64,000 nt of DNA from contig CP181291.1 of the NCBI GenBank assembly GCA_052279835.1, forward strand, positions 5,856,001 to 5,920,000, written 5' to 3'. Within the stretch, counting starts at the first letter, position 1. Each line of letters starts with the position of its first letter. Under the pieces are notes generated by a model. That model did not search any database. It had not been told where the DNA came from and worked only from the letters and a program-made list of their open reading frames with translations. Positions 59,943 to 64,000 of this stretch are shown here, one piece after another. The DNA is from Microcoleus sp. Lineage in GTDB: Bacteria; Cyanobacteriota; Cyanobacteriia; Cyanobacteriales; Microcoleaceae. A program made the position numbers and the translations under genes.

Positions 59943-61163
59943 ATGACATTCCAGCAATCAGATATCAATGACAGTAACCCCGAACTCTGCGACTTAATCT
60001 GCGCCAGAATCGCCACCACTCAGCAGCAGCGAATTACCTTTGCTGAATATATGGATTTAGCATTATACCATCCGCAACATGGTTACTATAATAGCGATCG
60101 CCCGTCGATCGGCAAACAAGGCGATTTTATCACATCCTCTGATTGGGGCCCAGATTTTGCCGAGGTTTTGGCAGAGCAATTTGTAGAAATGTGGGAATTG
60201 CTCGTTAGCGGAGCCCTCGAAGAGGATCGCCCTCAAAATTTCGCGATCGTCGAAATGGGTGCTGGGCGAGGAATATTTGCCAAAAATCTCCTGCAATATC
60301 TGCAACAGCAACATCCAGACTTATTTAAAAGTTTAACATACATAATTGTCGAAATTTCGCCCATCCTGCAAGCAGAACAACAGAAAAATTTAGGTGAATT
60401 CCACAGTATTAAATGGTGCAATTGGGATGAAATAGTTGATAACTCAATTGTCGGTTGTTTCTTTTCCAATGAATTAGTCGATGCTTTCCCCGTGCATCAA
60501 TTCATTGTGGAACAAGGCAAAGTCAAAGAAATTTACATTACCACAAAAACCACAATAAATCAACCCAAAGAAATAAATTTTGTCGAGGTACTTGGCGAAG
60601 TTTCTACACCAAAAATTACCGAATATTTTGAGTTGTTGGGAGTTGATTTGTCGGCGAATGTTTACGAGGATGGATATCGCAGTGAGGTGAATTTAGCAGC
60701 CTTAGATTGGATGAGTAGAGTTGGCAAAAAGTTGCAGCAAGGATACTTGTTAACTATTGATTACGGCCATCCGGCGCACCGCTATTACAATCCGAGGCGC
60801 AGGGAGGGGACGCTACAGTGTTATTATCGCCATCGATATCACAATAATCCTTATATTAATGTGGGGCGGCAGGATGTGACGGCTCATGTTAATTTTACAG
60901 CCTTGGAAAAGTATGGGGAATTGTGTGGTTTGGATGTGCTAGGGTTTACTCAGCAGGCTTTATTTTTGATGGCGTTGGGTTTGGGCGATCGCATTGCGGC
61001 TCTATCAACAAATGTATCGGATGTGGCAACTTTGTTGCGGCGCAGGGAGGCTTTACATAAACTCATCGATCCGATGGGTTTGGGAGGTTTTGGGGTTTTG
61101 GTACAGTCTAAGGGGTTGAAGGAGAAGGCGAAAATTTTGAAGGGTTTGATGATTCCTGATTAA
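59943..61163 (+). CDS. MidA/NDUFAF7-like class I SAM-dependent methyltransferase
   Basis: ITFAEYMDLALYHP.HGYY, GDFITS, VEMGAGRG, SNELVDAFP, IDYG, QDVTAHVNF. Confidence 0.9.
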   Translation: MTFQQSDINDSNPELCDLICARIATTQQQRITFAEYMDLALYHPQHGYYNSDRPSIGKQGDFITSSDWGPDFAEVLAEQFVEMWELLVSGALEEDRPQNFAIVEMGAGRGIFAKNLLQYLQQQHPDLFKSLTYIIVEISPILQAEQQKNLGEFHSIKWCNWDEIVDNSIVGCFFSNELVDAFPVHQFIVEQGKVKEIYITTKTTINQPKEINFVEVLGEVSTPKITEYFELLGVDLSANVYEDGYRSEVNLAALDWMSRVGKKLQQGYLLTIDYGHPAHRYYNPRRREGTLQCYYRHRYHNNPYINVGRQDVTAHVNFTALEKYGELCGLDVLGFTQQALFLMALGLGDRIAALSTNVSDVATLLRRREALHKLIDPMGLGGFGVLVQSKGLKEKAKILKGLMIPD

Positions 61164-61189
61164 TTATGCGATCGATTTGGTTATATCGA

Positions 61190-61837
61190 TTACGCAAGCT
61201 TACTCAACGGCGGAAATTCCCATTTTCCTGAATATAAATTAGAGGGCAACTTTAAACAATAGGCAGCAGGAATCACCTCAATCAACCACCAATTAAACAT
61301 ATCTCGTTTGGCTACAGCAAAACCAGAAATGGCCTCGCCAGTAATGGCATCATACAGAATATCCAAGATGGCATTATAAGCTGTTTTGGTGTTGAGTGTT
61401 TGCAGCAATCCATAGAAAATATTATAAGCTTCGTCAGTAGCTTGATATTTTCCAATTTTGTTGATATTAGGAAACAAGGTATCTGCCCAAGTTTCTGGAA
61501 TTTCACAACCATCCTTCAGCCAACAAGATATAATTCCTTCAGCGATATCAGCCTTGTGTTCTTCAGGAAAGTAATGTTTAATGGTCGGTTTAGCTGCTAA
61601 TGCTATTCCATAGGCGATGTAAACATATCGCTGATGGGATATTGCATCATTAGGCATTCCCAAGGCAGTCATTACTTCTACAAAGGCTTCTTCTACATCG
61701 CTGTTTCCGCCTCTTTCGTATAAATCGCGATACTTTCTGTCCCAAACTGTGTGCAGTGTTTGTTGTAATTGATATGGAATATCTGAATTGTTGGGCAACT
61801 TGAAATCGGTGTAATGACCTATGTCAAACTGTATCAT
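61190..61837 (-). CDS. Hypothetical protein, possibly Imm5-like immunity protein
   Basis: AAGGAGG RBS; C-terminal RDMFNWWLIEVIPAAY resembles the WWL.E..P motif of Imm5-like proteins. Confidence 0.6.
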   Translation of the reverse strand: MIQFDIGHYTDFKLPNNSDIPYQLQQTLHTVWDRKYRDLYERGGNSDVEEAFVEVMTALGMPNDAISHQRYVYIAYGIALAAKPTIKHYFPEEHKADIAEGIISCWLKDGCEIPETWADTLFPNINKIGKYQATDEAYNIFYGLLQTLNTKTAYNAILDILYDAITGEAISGFAVAKRDMFNWWLIEVIPAAYCLKLPSNLYSGKWEFPPLSKLA

Positions 61838-62074
61838 TGAGTTTCCCTCCTTATGTATTTTTCTTAATCGTAAACTAGGAGTAAGGTAATATTAAGCTTC
61901 ATATCACCTCCATTTTACCTTGCCCAGAGAAGCCAGTAATGAGGTGTGTTTCTATAGGGGTTTCCTGTAGTTAAGTTTTGTTTCACAAAATTATTTTTCG
62001 TATACAAGATTTTATATATAACCTGACTTAGACATAAGCTTTAAGCTTCGTCTGACTCAGGTATTTTGATTATA

Positions 62075-62131
62075 CTACACTTTATTTTTCAAGCCCCGAA
62101 AATCAGGAACTTGAACTCGTAGCAAGTGCAT
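62075..62131 (-). pseudogene. 5' stub of an AAA-type ATPase gene
   Basis: AGGAG RBS then MHLLRVQVPDFRGLKNKV*, which resembles the first beta-strand of AAA_15/AAA_21-type ATPases. Confidence 0.45.
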
Positions 62132-62170
62132 AAAAAACTCCTGTGTTGGCTGGCATTCAGTGTGGTTAAT

Positions 62171-62276
62171 AGAACTTACTCACGGGTGGTCAGAAACCGG
62201 GTTTTTTCGAGAATACTTCGCTACAGCCCACAAAAACCGTAAAAACCCGGTTTCTTTGGTTGTGATGCGTAAGTCC
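62171..62276. repeat. MITE with GAACTTAC...GTAAGTCC ends and AAACCGGGTTT palindromes
   Basis: Terminal inverted repeat plus internal AGAAACCGGGTTTTT...AAAAACCCGGTTTCT. Confidence 0.7.
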
Positions 62277-62279
62277 CGA

Positions 62280-62876
62280 CTAAGTAATAAAACTAACTAA
62301 AATTCCCAAAATTTCATCAACTGGCGGTAGCGAGTATTCTCTCAAACCAATGGTAACAGTTTGTTCTTCAAGTTTGATAAACTTCCACAAGTTCCCCGTC
62401 GTAACGCAACCATAGAGCTTGTCAACAAAGTAGCCGTTTTTTTCGTTGAAGCGTTGAGCCGCAATCATCTCAGCAACACATTGTCCAAGTCCGCCGTTGA
62501 TGTCTTCTTTTTTAGCTTCCACCACAATCATAGCAGGAGCTTCGATGAAAAGTTGTTCAGGCGATTTGCTAATTAGGAAGTCGCAGACACCGTTAAGTCC
62601 CACCGATTGATCTACCGTAAAATCATTGCCAGAAAAAAGACTGATTTGCTGATGAAAAATATCTTTTAATTCTAGCAATATCGGACAGATAATCATTTCC
62701 GAACGAGCTTTTTCGGTATTCAGTGCTAGGGCTAGAGGTAGGCGTTTTTCGATGAACTCAGCTAGGGCTGGACTCGGCTGAATCGGGGGCGCTGAAACAA
62801 TAAAAGTAGGTACTTCTATTAGGGTGAGTTGAAAGTCTTGTTTGACTTTTTTGAGGGTGAATTCGCTATAGGACAT
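62280..62876 (-). CDS. Hypothetical protein, PD-(D/E)xK restriction-endonuclease-like family
   Basis: TEKARSEMIICPIL, GLNGVCDFLIS, VVEAKKEDI..GLGQCVAEMIAAQ, YGCVTTG..WKF. Confidence 0.75.
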   Translation of the reverse strand: MSYSEFTLKKVKQDFQLTLIEVPTFIVSAPPIQPSPALAEFIEKRLPLALALNTEKARSEMIICPILLELKDIFHQQISLFSGNDFTVDQSVGLNGVCDFLISKSPEQLFIEAPAMIVVEAKKEDINGGLGQCVAEMIAAQRFNEKNGYFVDKLYGCVTTGNLWKFIKLEEQTVTIGLREYSLPPVDEILGILVSFIT

Positions 62877-62900
62877 TGCTTTTTTTTGCTATTCCGACAG

Positions 62901-63106
62901 TCCGACAGGGGTTGAAACCCCTGTCTCATAGCTAAAGTCCTCGCTATGAGGACTGAAGAAAAAGACTTACGAATTTTGATTGTTTTGCAAGGGCTTGAGA
63001 TTCTTCGCTTCACTCAGAATGACATAATTCCGTAAGTCGGAAATAACTCTTCAGTCCTCATAGCGAGGACTTTAGTTATCAGCCAGGGAATTCATTCCCT
63101 GGCGGG
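62901..63106. repeat. Long REP-type inverted repeat with a nested 75-bp element (62964-63038)
   Basis: CTAAAGTCCTCGCTATGAGGACTGAAGA / TCTTCAGTCCTCATAGCGAGGACTTTAG arms, terminal hairpins, inner GACTTACG...CGTAAGTC. Confidence 0.75.
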
Positions 63107-63117
63107 CTAGTATGATA

Positions 63118-64000
63118 CTAAACCTTAAACTTCTCCACAATTCGTCTCATGGCTTCCTCCACATTCTCCCGACTATTAAATGCCGAAATGCGGAAATAAC
63201 CCTCGCCCGCCGCACCAAAACCAGAACCGGGTGTTCCCACCACATTGCAAGTTTCCAGCAACTTCTGAAAGAAATCCCAACTTGACAAACCATGAGGCGT
63301 TTTCACCCACACGTAAGGTGCATTTTCGCCACCAAAAACCTCAATACCAGCCGCTGTCAATTTCTCGCGAATAATCGCAGCATTTTCCATGTAAAAATTG
63401 ACTAATGTCTGAATTTGTGCCTTGCCAGCCTCGGAATAAACCGCCTCAGCACCGCGTTGGACGATGTAAGAAACGCCGTTAAATTTAGTAGATTGACGAC
63501 GATTCCACAACTTCCAAATTTCGACATCGGAACCATCTGCGGCTTTTCCAGTCAAAGTCTTTGGTACAACGGTTAAGGCACAGCGAGTACCTGTGAAACC
63601 GGCATTTTTGGAGAATGAACGAAATTCGATCGCACAATCGCGCGCACCTTCAATTTCGTAGATAGAATGCGGTAAACTGGGATCGGTAATATAGGCTTCG
63701 TAGGCTGCATCGAAGAAGATAATCGAACCGTTCGCCTTAGCATATTTTACCCAAGCTTGCAAGTGTTCCTTGGTGGCAGTTGCTCCCGTGGGATTGTTGG
63801 GAAAACATAAATAAATTAAATCGACTTTTTTGTCGGTGGGAATTTCGGCAGTAAAGTTGTTTTCTGCTGTAATTGGCAGGTAAATGAAGCCGTCGTATTC
63901 GCCTTTTTCGTTGGCCTCTCCCGTGTGCCCTGCCATCACGTTGGTGTCTACATACACAGGATAAACTGGGTCTGTAACTGCGATCGTGTTATCGTTCCCA
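63118..64000 (-). CDS. dapL: LL-diaminopimelate aminotransferase (5' end outside the window)
   Basis: [53 protein letters not shown]. Confidence 0.94.
   Translation of the reverse strand, partial: GNDNTIAVTDPVYPVYVDTNVMAGHTGEANEKGEYDGFIYLPITAENNFTAEIPTDKKVDLIYLCFPNNPTGATATKEHLQAWVKYAKANGSIIFFDAAYEAYITDPSLPHSIYEIEGARDCAIEFRSFSKNAGFTGTRCALTVVPKTLTGKAADGSDVEIWKLWNRRQSTKFNGVSYIVQRGAEAVYSEAGKAQIQTLVNFYMENAAIIREKLTAAGIEVFGGENAPYVWVKTPHGLSSWDFFQKLLETCNVVGTPGSGFGAAGEGYFRISAFNSRENVEEAMRRIVEKFKV

Overview
A 64-kb chromosomal window from a filamentous cyanobacterium. The evidence is dense HIP1 GCGATCGC sites, heptamer STRR-type repeats, and the sasA, ndhH, OCP and group-2 sigma genes; the repeat families look Oscillatoriales/Microcoleus-like, which is an inference. 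Most of it is core genome: sbcDC, aminopeptidase P, tRNA-Leu(CAG), a TrmH-family methyltransferase, sigD, mutT, sasA, tRNA-Arg(ACG), moaC, murJ, sfsA, leuC, queG, OCP plus CTDH, an RsbU/RsbW-like pair, rsmH, ndhH, a MidA-like methyltransferase and dapL. Five accessory parts stand out. (i) A co-oriented minus-strand signalling cluster at 12.8-21.0 kb: wHTH-NB-ARC, membrane Ser/Thr kinase with TPRs, an unannotated 58-aa secreted-type peptide, YbjN, an atypical sigma-70-like protein and DUF1822. (ii) Two TnpA-less TnpB elements, one with a rearranged (Fanzor-like) RuvC site. (iii) A 302-bp ORF-less IS200/IS605 element with HEARO/omega-RNA-like ends, inserted exactly at the ATGA start of the RsbW-like gene. 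(iv) A ~7-kb DUF4347/Ig/RTX surface-protein gene broken twice, next to an AraC regulator and TIGR03032. (v) Many MITE/REP/small dispersed repeats, some inserted in frame in genes. Single-base frameshifts in ndhH, the AraC gene and the adhesin may be sequencing errors. No CRISPR array or rRNA was seen. All family assignments come from motif recognition by eye; no database search was run.
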